From the IMG/VR virus record IMGVR_UViG_2671180606_000004, positions 1 to 11,722 of that record: a DNA stretch of 11,722 nucleotides; one strand, written 5' to 3'. Shown here one piece after another: positions 1 through 7,068 of this stretch; positions within the stretch are counted from its first letter, which is position 1; every line of letters begins with the position of its first letter. The DNA comes from a virus (taxonomy: Duplodnaviria > Heunggongvirae > Uroviricota > Caudoviricetes). Below the pieces are notes generated by a model. It saw only the letters and a program-made list of their open reading frames with translations. It ran no database searches and was not told the DNA's origin. The translations under genes were made by a program, and so were the position numbers.

Positions 1-94
1 TTACCTGATTTTCCAGAGTGCTGATCCGGGTGTCTGCTGTTGCCAGATTTTGACGTAGCGTTGTGTTTTCCTCTTCCAGCGCGGTAAGCGGATT
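1..94 (-). other. ORF fragment in a different frame from V (…[31 protein letters not shown]…), open from the V junction and running off the window start; coiled-coil-like; probably part of a distal gene joined to V by deletion
   Basis: Minus-strand frame opens after a stop at 95-97 and has no stop before position 1; heptad-like, protein-like composition; lambda V homology ends at about 88. Identity unknown. Confidence 0.35.
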
Positions 95-420
95 TTATAG
101 GCACGGGTATCACCTTCATTAAACCACGCCAGCAGCGCCTGCTGCCCCTGCTCTCCGGGCATCCACGCCAGCGTGAAGCTGGTATCTCCGGCAGATTTCT
201 GCCCCTGCCCGGTCGCAGTCCAGTCTGCATCTTCATCATCGAGATAGCTGTCGTCATAGGACTCAGCGGTCAGTTCGCCGGGCGTCAGGTCTTTAACTTT
301 TGCCAGACGCGACCAGTCAACGTCTGAAAGCGGGTTCGCATAAGGGTCACCGCTCCCCTTATAAACCCACAGGGTGGTCCCGGCACCTTTCACCGGCATT
401 ACAGGATTTGGTACAGGCAT
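1..420 (-). pseudogene. V: Phage lambda major tail protein V, N-terminal ~111 aa only; C-terminal half replaced by unrelated sequence (junction about position 88), reading to a stop at 1-3
   Basis: Translation from ATG 420-418 ([36 protein letters not shown]…[11 protein letters not shown]) matches lambda gpV N-terminus as recalled; after AYKIR it diverges ([12 protein letters not shown]…). Lambda gpV is about 246 aa. The track ORF begins at an upstream alternative start (450). Confidence 0.85.
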
Positions 421-427
421 AGCGTCC

Positions 428-823
428 TCACATTTCATAGGTAATGACATAAGTCAGATCGGCTGAACTCCACAGGCCCGCATCATCGTCGCGCCGGTAG
501 TCATAGCCACTGGCCACCATACTGGTGATCAAATCTGACAGTGCCGGGATATCGCTCATCACCGGATAAATCCGGGACTCCATCCACGAATCCAGCTCTG
601 AATCCGGCACCTGAGCAGGCAGGAAAACTTCAATATGCAGCTCCGCCTGCCAGGTATCGCTGTCCAGCTCTTCGCCCGTGTATTCAGCGCCGGTGAGATA
701 AACGGCAATTGCCGGAAAATCTTCCTCATCAAAAACAGCGGGGCGACCATCAAAAAGCGTCGCCCCGGTGTCATGCTTCTCCAGTGCATCCAGTACGGCT
801 GCACGGAGTTCAGTATGTTTCAT
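428..823 (-). CDS. U: Tail terminator protein U (lambda gpU), 131 aa
   Basis: Full-length near-identity to lambda gpU as recalled ([22 protein letters not shown]…LTYVITYEM); ATGA stop-start overlap with Z as in lambda. Confidence 0.95.
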   Translation of the reverse strand: MKHTELRAAVLDALEKHDTGATLFDGRPAVFDEEDFPAIAVYLTGAEYTGEELDSDTWQAELHIEVFLPAQVPDSELDSWMESRIYPVMSDIPALSDLITSMVASGYDYRRDDDAGLWSSADLTYVITYEM

Positions 824-1398
824 CGCTTTATTACCATTCTCAGTTGATGCTGCAGCGCATAGCCCAGCTCTTTCGGAAGACGTTCACGCCGTATCCGTTC
901 AATATTCTGTTTAAACGCCGTGGTCAGCGGCACCGCCATCGGGATTTTCACCACATCAATGGGGTAACGGTTTTTCCCGGCCACACGCTGCATGACATGC
1001 CAGCGGCCATTTTTCAGTTGCTGAATAAACGCGCCGGGAATACGACGGTTACCCACCACAAGCACGCTGCCGCCATCTTTCAGGGCTGAACGCTGCCCCT
1101 TTTTACGACGCCTGCGTCGGGACAGGACAACCCGCGCGTTACCCAGCTTGATTACGGGCAAATCCCCCCGGTTAACCTTGATTCTGGCCTGTGGATTTTT
1201 GACCGTGGCCCTTTTCAGCCTGGCCCTTTCCTTTACCAGTTTCCGGCGTACCTTTGTCTCACGGGCAACCTGTGCCACCGACTGCGATATCGCGGATGAA
1301 GCAACGCGGTTAATGGCCATTGCGGCGGCACCGGGCACCGCCGTTCTGCTGATACGGCTGAGGTTTTCAACGGCCTGCTCAAGACCTTTTATGGCCAT
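820..1398 (-). CDS. Z: Tail completion protein Z (lambda gpZ), 192 aa
   Basis: Full-length near-identity to lambda gpZ as recalled (MAIKGLEQAVENLSRIS…HQLRMVIKR); GGGGGA Shine-Dalgarno upstream of ATG. Confidence 0.95.
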   Translation of the reverse strand: MAIKGLEQAVENLSRISRTAVPGAAAMAINRVASSAISQSVAQVARETKVRRKLVKERARLKRATVKNPQARIKVNRGDLPVIKLGNARVVLSRRRRRKKGQRSALKDGGSVLVVGNRRIPGAFIQQLKNGRWHVMQRVAGKNRYPIDVVKIPMAVPLTTAFKQNIERIRRERLPKELGYALQHQLRMVIKR

Positions 1399-1409
1399 AC
1401 ATCCCCCTT

Positions 1410-1763
1410 TCAGCGGCGACGGTTAACGGCAGGCGGTACGCCCCGCCCAAGCCAGAGATGACAGCTTCCGCCATCATCCGGCGAAATCCGGTCTATCCAG
1501 AAGTTTTCCTCACCGATGCTCAGCGTGTCGCCGCGCCGCAGCTGCCGCACATCATCAGTCCGGACAAACAGGGACGGGCTGGAGCCTTCAACGCGCACGC
1601 CCTGTCCGGCATAGCTGATATTTTCAGGGTCATCAAAAACACCACGTATTACTGCGCCGGACTGCTCACCGGATGTAATGGTGGCTGACGTTCCCATGTA
1701 CCCGCGTATCGTTTCATCGGCGCGGGCAATGGCGGCATCGAACAGGTTATCGAAATCAGCCAC
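1410..1763 (-). CDS. FII: Head-tail joining protein FII (lambda gpFII), 117 aa, GTG start
   Basis: Near-identity to lambda gpFII as recalled (MADFDNLFDAAIARADETIRGYMG…GRGVPPAVNRRR); GTG start with GGGAGG Shine-Dalgarno, as in lambda. Confidence 0.95.
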   Translation of the reverse strand: MADFDNLFDAAIARADETIRGYMGTSATITSGEQSGAVIRGVFDDPENISYAGQGVRVEGSSPSLFVRTDDVRQLRRGDTLSIGEENFWIDRISPDDGGSCHLWLGRGVPPAVNRRR

Positions 1764-1774
1764 AGCGCCTCCCG

Positions 1775-2170
1775 TTATTGCATTCTGGCCTGGCCGCGCT
1801 CTGTCATTTCGGCTGCCACACCGGCAGAGACACGAAACGCCGTTCCCGGCAGCACAAATGCCACAGCCTCATCCCGCGTGGCGTGAAGTGCATCAGTATG
1901 CAGCGTCACCAGTGCCACAACCGTGACCAGAGCAGCCGTATCAGTCACGGTATCCGTCTGTGCTGATACCACCTCATTTTCATGTCCGGTCAGTGCATTT
2001 TCCGGGCTGACAGACGTGTCCTGACCGGCTGCGTCATCCGTGTCATCAAGCTCCTCTTCCAGCTCTGCCACACGGAGCGCCAGTTCTTCTTTCGTCCCCG
2101 TCAGGCTGACATCACGGTTCAGTTGCTCACCCAGCGACCGGAGACGGGCAATCAGTTCATCTTTCGTCAT
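1775..2170 (-). CDS. FI: Head DNA-packaging/stabilisation protein FI (lambda gpFI)
   Basis: From ATG 2170-2168 (GGAGGAG Shine-Dalgarno upstream) the translation MTKDELIARLRSLGEQLNRDVSLTGTKEELALRVAEL… matches lambda gpFI as recalled; the track ORF starts at an upstream GTG (2209). Confidence 0.9.
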   Translation of the reverse strand: MTKDELIARLRSLGEQLNRDVSLTGTKEELALRVAELEEELDDTDDAAGQDTSVSPENALTGHENEVVSAQTDTVTDTAALVTVVALVTLHTDALHATRDEAVAFVLPGTAFRVSAGVAAEMTERGQARMQ

Positions 2171-2211
2171 GAACTCCTCCACAGAGAGAAAATGGCCCCG
2201 AAGGGCCACGA

Positions 2212-2748
2212 TTACGCCAGTTGTACGGAAACGAACTCATCAGGGTCAGCCAGCAGCATCAGCGGTGCTGACTGAATCATGGTGAACTCACGCGCCGGAT
2301 CGCCGGTGGTCACCCAGTTTTTCGGGTAACGGGCAGAGGCGTTAATGCCTTCGCGCTGTGCGTCCGCATCCTGAATGCAGCCATAGGTGCGCAGACCGCG
2401 AGCCTGAGTGTTCCCCAGCACCATCGTGTTGTCCGGCAGGAAGTTCTTTTTGACGCCGTTTTCCACGTACTGTCCGGAATACACGACGATGGCCACATCG
2501 CCATACATTCCCTTACCCTGGCGACGCGCCTTACGCGTTAACCAGCCTTCTGCTTCCAGCCGTGCGATAGCCGTTCTGACGGTACTCATCCCCGCGCCAA
2601 TCTGGCGGGCAATGGTTTCAATTGATGGCCAGCACACACCTTCGTCATTACTGAAATCAGCCAGGCGGGCCATAATTGCCACGCTGGATAATTTCATGCC
2701 TGACGCAGCGCAACCATCCCATACATAGCCGGTTAATTTAGTGCTCAT
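2212..2748 (-). CDS. Chimeric ORF: N-terminal ~78 aa winged-helix/HTH domain (HTH_36-like, as in phage replication-initiator proteins) fused in frame to the C-terminal ~100 aa of lambda major capsid protein E (E-derived part about 2212..2511)
   Basis: Residues from about 81 (MYGDVAIVVYSGQYVENGVKKNFLPDNTMVLGNTQARGLRTYGCIQDADAQREGINASARYPKNWVTTGDPAREFTMIQSAPLMLLADPDEFVSVQLA) match the lambda gpE C-terminus as recalled. Residues 1-78 (…SSVAIMARLADFSNDEGVCWPSIETIARQIGAGMSTVRTAIARLEAEGWLTRKARRQ) resemble the N-terminal DNA-binding domain of phage replication initiators. Lambda gpE is 341 aa, so its N-terminal ~240 aa are missing. Confidence 0.8.
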   Translation of the reverse strand: MSTKLTGYVWDGCAASGMKLSSVAIMARLADFSNDEGVCWPSIETIARQIGAGMSTVRTAIARLEAEGWLTRKARRQGKGMYGDVAIVVYSGQYVENGVKKNFLPDNTMVLGNTQARGLRTYGCIQDADAQREGINASARYPKNWVTTGDPAREFTMIQSAPLMLLADPDEFVSVQLA

Positions 2749-2757
2749 GACCGACCT

Positions 2758-3096
2758 CTATTTCCCTGAATTTACGACGAAACTGTTCGAGCGGGCTGAA
2801 GCACTCATGCTCATAGCCCTCGCGGAGGTAGATAACCCGTTGTGTTTCCGGCTCCCAACGAATGACTCTGACGGGCACTCCGTAGTGATCTTTGAACCAG
2901 CGGTTAACTTGTCGCAAAGGACTGTCTCCTTCTGCCGGTTGAAATCACCCACAGCCCACTCTGCAAAGCTGTGGGTTACAATTTCCCTGTCACCTGGTAC
3001 ATTCACTGCATAGCAATATTCCACCTTCGCTTTTCCACCCGGTACAGGAAGCGCAATCAGTTGCGAGCGACGGTAGTGTGTTGTTAAACTGTTCAT
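2758..3096 (-). CDS. Hypothetical early-operon protein; possibly frame-disrupted (C-terminal part may continue in the -1 frame to a stop at 2738-2740)
   Basis: ATG at 3096 overlaps the stop of the upstream cII-like gene (ATGA coupling). The N-terminal 50 aa look protein-like; the annotated frame ends in low-complexity sequence ([16 protein letters not shown]), while the -1 frame from about 2944 reads a convincing peptide (…[61 protein letters not shown]) whose stop overlaps the ATG of the next gene. Confidence 0.45.
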   Translation of the reverse strand: MNSLTTHYRRSQLIALPVPGGKAKVEYCYAVNVPGDREIVTHSFAEWAVGDFNRQKETVLCDKLTAGSKITTECPSESFVGSRKHNGLSTSARAMSMSASARSNSFVVNSGK

Positions 3097-3701
3097 GCGT
3101 TAGTTTCTCCACAGTCACGACACGCCACGGCGCCCGGAGCTGCACACTCGCGGGCGTCATTACTTTCTGAAATGCAAAAAATTTTGTAGACCAGTGCTGC
3201 ATGCTCCTGCAGCTTCGAAATTGAGAGGTAGAGCTCGTCATTAATTGCTGTCTTCTCATGCGGTTCCACTACACCGTCTTCGATTGCTGAACGAATCTGT
3301 TTTGAATAACTGCCGATCTGTTCAATGACTTCCAGCAGACGCTGGTTAATATCGGCGTTGTCCACATCCTCGACGTCAGGAAGAGACACAAAGACGCCAT
3401 TTGCAGACTGCGCCACAGCATCAGCAATGAAGTGAGTTCCACCAGCACGTTGCAAAATCATTGCCCATCCCAGCGGGAAAATCTGATCGCCATCGGCACG
3501 AAGGCGGTTAAATAATGCGTTCTCTGTTACATCCAGCCAGTCAGCAGCTTCAGCGTAACCCCCCGGCAACGCTGCGATAGTTTTTCTGACAGCTTTCACG
3601 TACCACTCAGGCTGTTTTTCTACTTTCCAGTGATGCTTACCCACGGTTAGCCTCATCGTTCTGTGGTTTCTGTTAATCGATTTATCCATTAGATTTTTCA
3701 T
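3093..3701 (-). CDS. Early regulatory protein in the cII position (CII/CP76-like or YdaT-like; family uncertain), about 202 aa
   Basis: ORF immediately downstream of the cro-like gene in the same operon. Start set at ATG 3701 (or 3689) rather than the track start 3758, which would overlap cro by 77 nt. Family assignment is by position and loose resemblance only. Confidence 0.55.
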   Translation of the reverse strand: MKNLMDKSINRNHRTMRLTVGKHHWKVEKQPEWYVKAVRKTIAALPGGYAEAADWLDVTENALFNRLRADGDQIFPLGWAMILQRAGGTHFIADAVAQSANGVFVSLPDVEDVDNADINQRLLEVIEQIGSYSKQIRSAIEDGVVEPHEKTAINDELYLSISKLQEHAALVYKIFCISESNDARECAAPGAVACRDCGETNA

Positions 3702-3882
3702 AAAGCTCAGGTTTAAATGGCAACCGTCCGCAAGTTCTATATGCAGCTTCTGCTGCACGTCCTTTTGGAATTAACTGGCCCGGACGGTTTCGCCACTGAT
3801 AAACGGCTTCAGTTGTTATGCCGAAAAAAGCAGCAACTTTCTCAATACTGCCGAAGTAGCTTTCGATATCGTCAGTTGTCAT
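3682..3882 (-). CDS. Cro-like small HTH repressor (Cro/YdaS-type), 66 aa
   Basis: Small ORF divergent from the CI-like repressor; motif …[45 protein letters not shown] typical of Cro/YdaS-family proteins; GGAGGG Shine-Dalgarno upstream. Confidence 0.8.
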   Translation of the reverse strand: MTTDDIESYFGSIEKVAAFFGITTEAVYQWRNRPGQLIPKGRAAEAAYRTCGRLPFKPELYEKSNG

Positions 3883-3979
3883 ACGCCCTCCAAACTAAGT
3901 TTTATTAGATGCTAATTACAAATCTATCTTTGGTCAATAAAAACTAAGATTACTTAGTAATTAAAGAAATGGTGCTCCT
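3883..3979. promoter_or_regulatory. Divergent cI/cro intergenic control region: palindromic operator candidate ACTAAG-ATTA-CTTAGT (3943..3958), inverted repeat ATTAG-N3-CTAAT (3904..3916), two AACTAAG copies, candidate cro promoter on minus strand (-35 TTGACC 3932..3937, -10 TAGCAT 3909..3914)
   Basis: 97-bp AT-rich spacer between divergent repressor genes; perfect 6-4-6 palindrome; sigma70-like hexamers with 17-bp spacing read on the minus strand. Promoter assignment is by eye. Confidence 0.5.
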
Positions 3980-4606
3980 ATGGAAACGGTTGGTCAGCGT
4001 ATAAAAGCTCTGAGAAGAGTTACCAGAACGTCCCAGAAAGAATTGGGTAAATTTTGTGGAGTAAGCGACGTTGCTGTGGGGTACTGGGAGAAAGACATCA
4101 ATACCCCTGGTGGGGAGGCACTTTCGAAATTAGCGAAGTTCTTCAATACGTCAATAGATTACATTCTTTATGGTGCTGAGTTTGAAGGCAAACTCGTCAC
4201 AAACATGCGCAGAGTTCCTGTAATATCGTGGGTTCAGGCTGGGCAGTTTACTGAGTGCAGGGCAGCAGAAGTGTTTAGTGAAGTGGACAAGTGGGTAGAT
4301 ACATCATTAAAGATTGGTGATAACTCATTTGCATTAGAGGTTAAAGGTGACTCCATGACTAACCCTAATGGCCTCCCAACAATACCAGAAGGCGCAACAG
4401 TGATTGTAGATCCAGATGCAGAACCTCGTCATGGAAAAATAGTCATCGCTCGACTTGATGGAACAAACGAAGCTACAGTAAAAAAATTAGTCATCGATGG
4501 CCCTCAAAAGTTTTTAGTGCCATTAAATCCTCGGTATCCCAACATCCCTATCAATGGTAATTGCCTTATCATTGGTGTAGTCAAAGGAGTTCAATACGAA
4601 CTCTAA
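3980..4606 (+). CDS. CI-like prophage repressor: N-terminal XRE-type HTH plus C-terminal S24 (LexA/CI-type) autopeptidase domain, 208 aa
   Basis: HTH motif (QKELGKFCGVSDVAVGYWEKD…), catalytic Ser in GDSM and Lys in KKL with spacing typical of S24 peptidases; divergent from the cro-like gene. Confidence 0.9.
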   Translation: METVGQRIKALRRVTRTSQKELGKFCGVSDVAVGYWEKDINTPGGEALSKLAKFFNTSIDYILYGAEFEGKLVTNMRRVPVISWVQAGQFTECRAAEVFSEVDKWVDTSLKIGDNSFALEVKGDSMTNPNGLPTIPEGATVIVDPDAEPRHGKIVIARLDGTNEATVKKLVIDGPQKFLVPLNPRYPNIPINGNCLIIGVVKGVQYEL

Positions 4607-4690
4607 GACCTCTCTTCTCTAACTAAGGCACCGAACTAAGAAAAGTTTGGTGTTTTCTCTTGCCATAATAACTAAGTTAAGTTAGATTTT
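4607..4690 (+). promoter_or_regulatory. Candidate pL-like promoter/operator region downstream of the repressor gene: three direct AACTAAG repeats (4621, 4634, 4670) and possible -35 TTGCCA (4660..4665) / -10 TAGATT (4683..4688)
   Basis: Same heptamer as in the cI/cro spacer; hexamers with 17-bp spacing on the plus strand, pointing away from cI. By-eye call. Confidence 0.3.
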
Positions 4691-4812
4691 ATGTCAAAGA
4701 TAACGAACAGGCAGGACGCCCACGAAGTAGCCGCCTGGGGCATATGAAGTCCAGGATGATTCGTTGAGTCATGTTGTGCCACTAGGCACTCATGTTAAAG
4801 CAGGTGTATGAA

Positions 4813-5088
4813 ATGAAAGTCCAGATTTTAAACAATAACTGTGAAGTCGTTTGGTCATACGACATAGCCGCCCATGTAGATCAGAGCGGCGATAGCTGGG
4901 CCAATGGGAAACATCAGATTATGGCTGGAGTTGTATTCTCTTTACGCCGTGCTTTAGAACAGGCTGAAGTCTTTCCATCAGACCCTGAATGGAAATGGCC
5001 TTTTTCTATTTGTCCAAATTCGGAGAGTACATTTCAGAAAATTGGTCAGAAAGTCGCACTCGAAGAGCATCAGCCAACTGTTTCCTGA
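4813..5088 (+). CDS. Hypothetical protein, 91 aa (first ORF downstream of the repressor, N position of a lambdoid map; no N-like Arg-rich motif)
   Basis: ORF with AGGTG Shine-Dalgarno 7 nt upstream of ATG 4813 (track start 4792 lacks one). Its 3' end is overlapped by an equally plausible antisense frame (5006..5263, minus), so the call is uncertain. Confidence 0.4.
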   Translation: MKVQILNNNCEVVWSYDIAAHVDQSGDSWANGKHQIMAGVVFSLRRALEQAEVFPSDPEWKWPFSICPNSESTFQKIGQKVALEEHQPTVS

Positions 5089-5504
5089 TTTTTTCAGGTA
5101 ACTCGTCGGCATCGCAGAAACAACAACGCTCGATCATGTTGAAAGCCGATTCGTAGAACTGTTTTTGCTGAGTGTCGCTGAGACAGGAAAAGAGCGACGT
5201 TACGATGATTTTATTAATTGCATTATCAAGTTCTTTTTCATCAAAAGTTATTTGATTTTCCTTTTATGTATACGGGCTTAAAAGGATACCACCGAGCCTG
5301 AAGTGGTGAAAAGACAGGCACATAACAGCTAAGTATTTTCAACCAGAGAGAATCCTTAGCGTTGTGGTGAATGCGGCTCAGCGCACGCGGGTTAAGGTTG
5401 AGGCTGACAGTCGACCTTCTGTGGATACCCACCCGCCTGGTGTGCAACCTTCGCCAGGCACCGGGAGGCACCCGGCACCACAACTTTATGCTGTGTGTAG
5501 TCCT

Positions 5505-5552
5505 GGCGGTACCAGTTTGTACACTTGCTTCCGGCTGGTACCGCTCTTTTTA
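5505..5552 (+). terminator. Rho-independent terminator candidate: perfect 10-bp stem GCGGTACCAG/CTGGTACCGC, 19-nt loop, followed by TCTTTTTA
   Basis: Base pairing checked position by position (5506-5515 with 5535-5544); U-tract immediately 3' on the plus strand. Lies in an ORF-poor spacer upstream of the yfdP-like gene. Confidence 0.5.
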
Positions 5553-5688
5553 CAAAACAGAGAAGAGCATCACCGGACGACGGGCTCATAACCCAATCCA
5601 TCCGGGCGGCTGCCACCGCAGGTGTTCTTCTCTGTTTTGTGGAGAAACTAATCGGCCTTGCAGGGTCGATATGATGAGGAGCAACAAA

Positions 5689-6051
5689 ATGGCTAGCGAA
5701 CGCAGTACTGATGTGCAGGCATTTATCGGGGAGCTGGACGGCGGCGTATTTGAAACAAAAATCGGCGCAGTTCTCAGTGAAGTCGCTTCCGGTGTGATGA
5801 ACACGAAAACCAAAGGTAAGGTCTCACTCAACCTGGAAATCGAACCATTTGATGAGAACCGTGTGAAAATCAAACACAAACTCTCATATGTTCGCCCGAC
5901 TAACCGCGGGAAAATTTCCGAAGAAGACACCACCGAAACGCCGATGTATGTCAATCGCGGTGGTCGCCTGACTATTCTGCAGGAAGACCAGGGACAATTA
6001 CTGACTCTTGCCGGTGAACCTGACGGAAAACTCCGCGCAGCAGGTCATTAA
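5689..6051 (+). CDS. yfdP: YfdP-like hypothetical prophage protein, 120 aa
   Basis: ATG 5689 with GAGGAG Shine-Dalgarno 8 nt upstream; size and position match the yfdP-yfdQ-yfdR-yfdS block of CPS-53 as recalled. The track ORF start at 5371 is an upstream read-through of non-coding-looking sequence. Confidence 0.75.
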   Translation: MASERSTDVQAFIGELDGGVFETKIGAVLSEVASGVMNTKTKGKVSLNLEIEPFDENRVKIKHKLSYVRPTNRGKISEEDTTETPMYVNRGGRLTILQEDQGQLLTLAGEPDGKLRAAGH

Positions 6052-6116
6052 TATCGTTCTTAATTAACTGATTATTTATTTCATCACTGAATATCTTTAT
6101 ATAGTGAGGACTTATT

Positions 6117-6941
6117 ATGTCTCAGAACTTAGACGCAACCGCAATTAATCAAATCCATGCCCTTATTTCTGCTCAGGGTGTTAATGAAATTATCAGTAAG
6201 ATTGGTGCCGATGCTGTGGCATTGCCTGAGAATTTCCGCATTCATGATCTGGAAAAATTTAATTTAAATCGCTTCCGTTTCCGTGGTGCGCTTTCCACTG
6301 CCAGCATCGATGACTTTACCCGTTATTCTAAAGATCTTGCAGATGAAGGCACCCGCTGCTTTATCGATGCTGATAATATGCGTGCCGTCAGTGTGCTTAA
6401 CCTGGGTACTATTGATGAACCAGGTCACGCAGATAACACCGCCACTCTCAAACTGAAAAAGACAGCACCGTTCTCTGCTCTGTTGTCTGTTAATGGCGAG
6501 CGTAACTCCCAGAAATCACTGGCAGAATGGATTGAAGACTGGGCTGACTACCTTGTGGGCTTTGATGCTAATGGTGACACCATTCAGGCAACAAAAGCGG
6601 CTGCGGCGGTCCGTAAAATCACGATTGAAGCAAACCAGACCGCTGATTTTGAAGATAATGACTTCAGCGGCAAACGCTCCCTGATGGAGTCTGTCGAAGC
6701 GAAGACCAAAGACATTATGCCAGTGGCATTTGAATTTAAATGCATTCCGTTTGAAGGTCTGAAAGAACGTCCGTTTAAATTACGCCTCAGCATTATCACT
6801 GGCGATCGTCCGGTACTGGTTCTGCGCATTATTCAGCTGGAGGCGGTGCAGGAAGAAATGGCTAACGAATTTCGTGATCTGCTTGTTGAGAAATTCAAGG
6901 ACAGCAAAGTAGAAACCTTTATTGGTACTTTCACCGCCTGA
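6117..6941 (+). CDS. yfdQ: YfdQ-like hypothetical prophage protein (DUF2303-type), 274 aa
   Basis: Well-formed ORF with GAGGA Shine-Dalgarno; length and neighbourhood match K-12 YfdQ as recalled. Confidence 0.8.
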   Translation: MSQNLDATAINQIHALISAQGVNEIISKIGADAVALPENFRIHDLEKFNLNRFRFRGALSTASIDDFTRYSKDLADEGTRCFIDADNMRAVSVLNLGTIDEPGHADNTATLKLKKTAPFSALLSVNGERNSQKSLAEWIEDWADYLVGFDANGDTIQATKAAAAVRKITIEANQTADFEDNDFSGKRSLMESVEAKTKDIMPVAFEFKCIPFEGLKERPFKLRLSIITGDRPVLVLRIIQLEAVQEEMANEFRDLLVEKFKDSKVETFIGTFTA

Positions 6942-6953
6942 TTTCATTACTGC

Positions 6954-6981
6954 AAATGCCCCTGCGGGGGCATTTATGGAA
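6954..6981 (+). terminator. Hairpin AAATGCCCC-TGCG-GGGGCATTT (perfect 9-bp stem, 4-nt loop) downstream of the yfdQ-like gene; possible terminator or attenuator
   Basis: Perfect inverted repeat 6954-6962 / 6967-6975 with GC-rich core; only a short U-tract follows. Confidence 0.4.
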
Positions 6982-7068
6982 ACGTAATTGACTCAATAAT
7001 CGCCGGGTGGTGGGGGCTTCCTTTTACCAGAATTCAGCGCGGTGCAGCGCATATACGTGGAGAACAAA

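Noticed and set aside
559-2285. Six-frame track ORFs overlapping or antisense to the lambda U, Z, FII, FI genes (559..804, 635..847, 709..1089, 1148..1426, 1458..1688, 1678..1926, 1778..1966, 1982..2275, 2040..2285)
   Set aside because: They lie inside genes that match well-known lambda proteins over full length; translations are Arg/Ser/His/Cys-rich, typical of out-of-frame or antisense reading of GC-rich coding DNA.
2310-2728. ORFs 2310..2504 (-) and 2408..2728 (+) inside the chimeric E-fusion gene
   Set aside because: Alternative frame or antisense of a region whose main frame matches lambda gpE and an HTH domain; junk-like composition.
2741-3013. Plus-strand 90-aa ORF antisense to the small early-operon gene; briefly considered as a toxin-antitoxin-like divergent gene
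   Set aside because: It runs against a tightly coupled minus-strand operon (ATGA and overlapping stop-start junctions on both sides) and shares codon register with the minus-strand coding frame, a common source of spurious antisense ORFs. No Shine-Dalgarno seen.
2990-3908. ORF 2990..3259 (-), ORF 3717..3908 (+), and the extended start of the cII-like ORF at 3758
   Set aside because: The first two are out-of-frame or antisense overlaps of the cII-like and cro-like genes; the 3758 start would overlap cro by 77 nt, so the internal ATG at 3701 (or 3689) was preferred.
5541-5556. boxA-like sequence CGCTCTTTTTACAAAA as a nut-type antitermination site
   Set aside because: It coincides with the 3' arm and U-tract of the terminator hairpin and no boxB-like stem-loop follows at the expected spacing; kept only as a remark in the finding for that region.
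5241-5954. ORFs 5241..5483 (-), 5364..5591 (+), 5392..5616 (-), 5586..5954 (-) and the 5371 start of the 226-aa track ORF
   Set aside because: Translations are Arg/Trp/Cys/Pro-rich with no Shine-Dalgarno; the yfdP-like gene has a clear GAGGAG-ATG start at 5689, so the upstream 106 codons are read-through of non-coding sequence.
6493-6829. ORFs 6493..6684 (+) and 6584..6829 (-) inside the yfdQ-like gene
   Set aside because: Embedded in a longer, well-formed gene; alternative-frame or antisense artefacts.
7042-7068. Upstream start (MQRIYVENK) for the HD-domain gene
   Set aside because: No Shine-Dalgarno; the ATG at 7069 has GGAG at good spacing and gives the 178-aa length recalled for YfdR.
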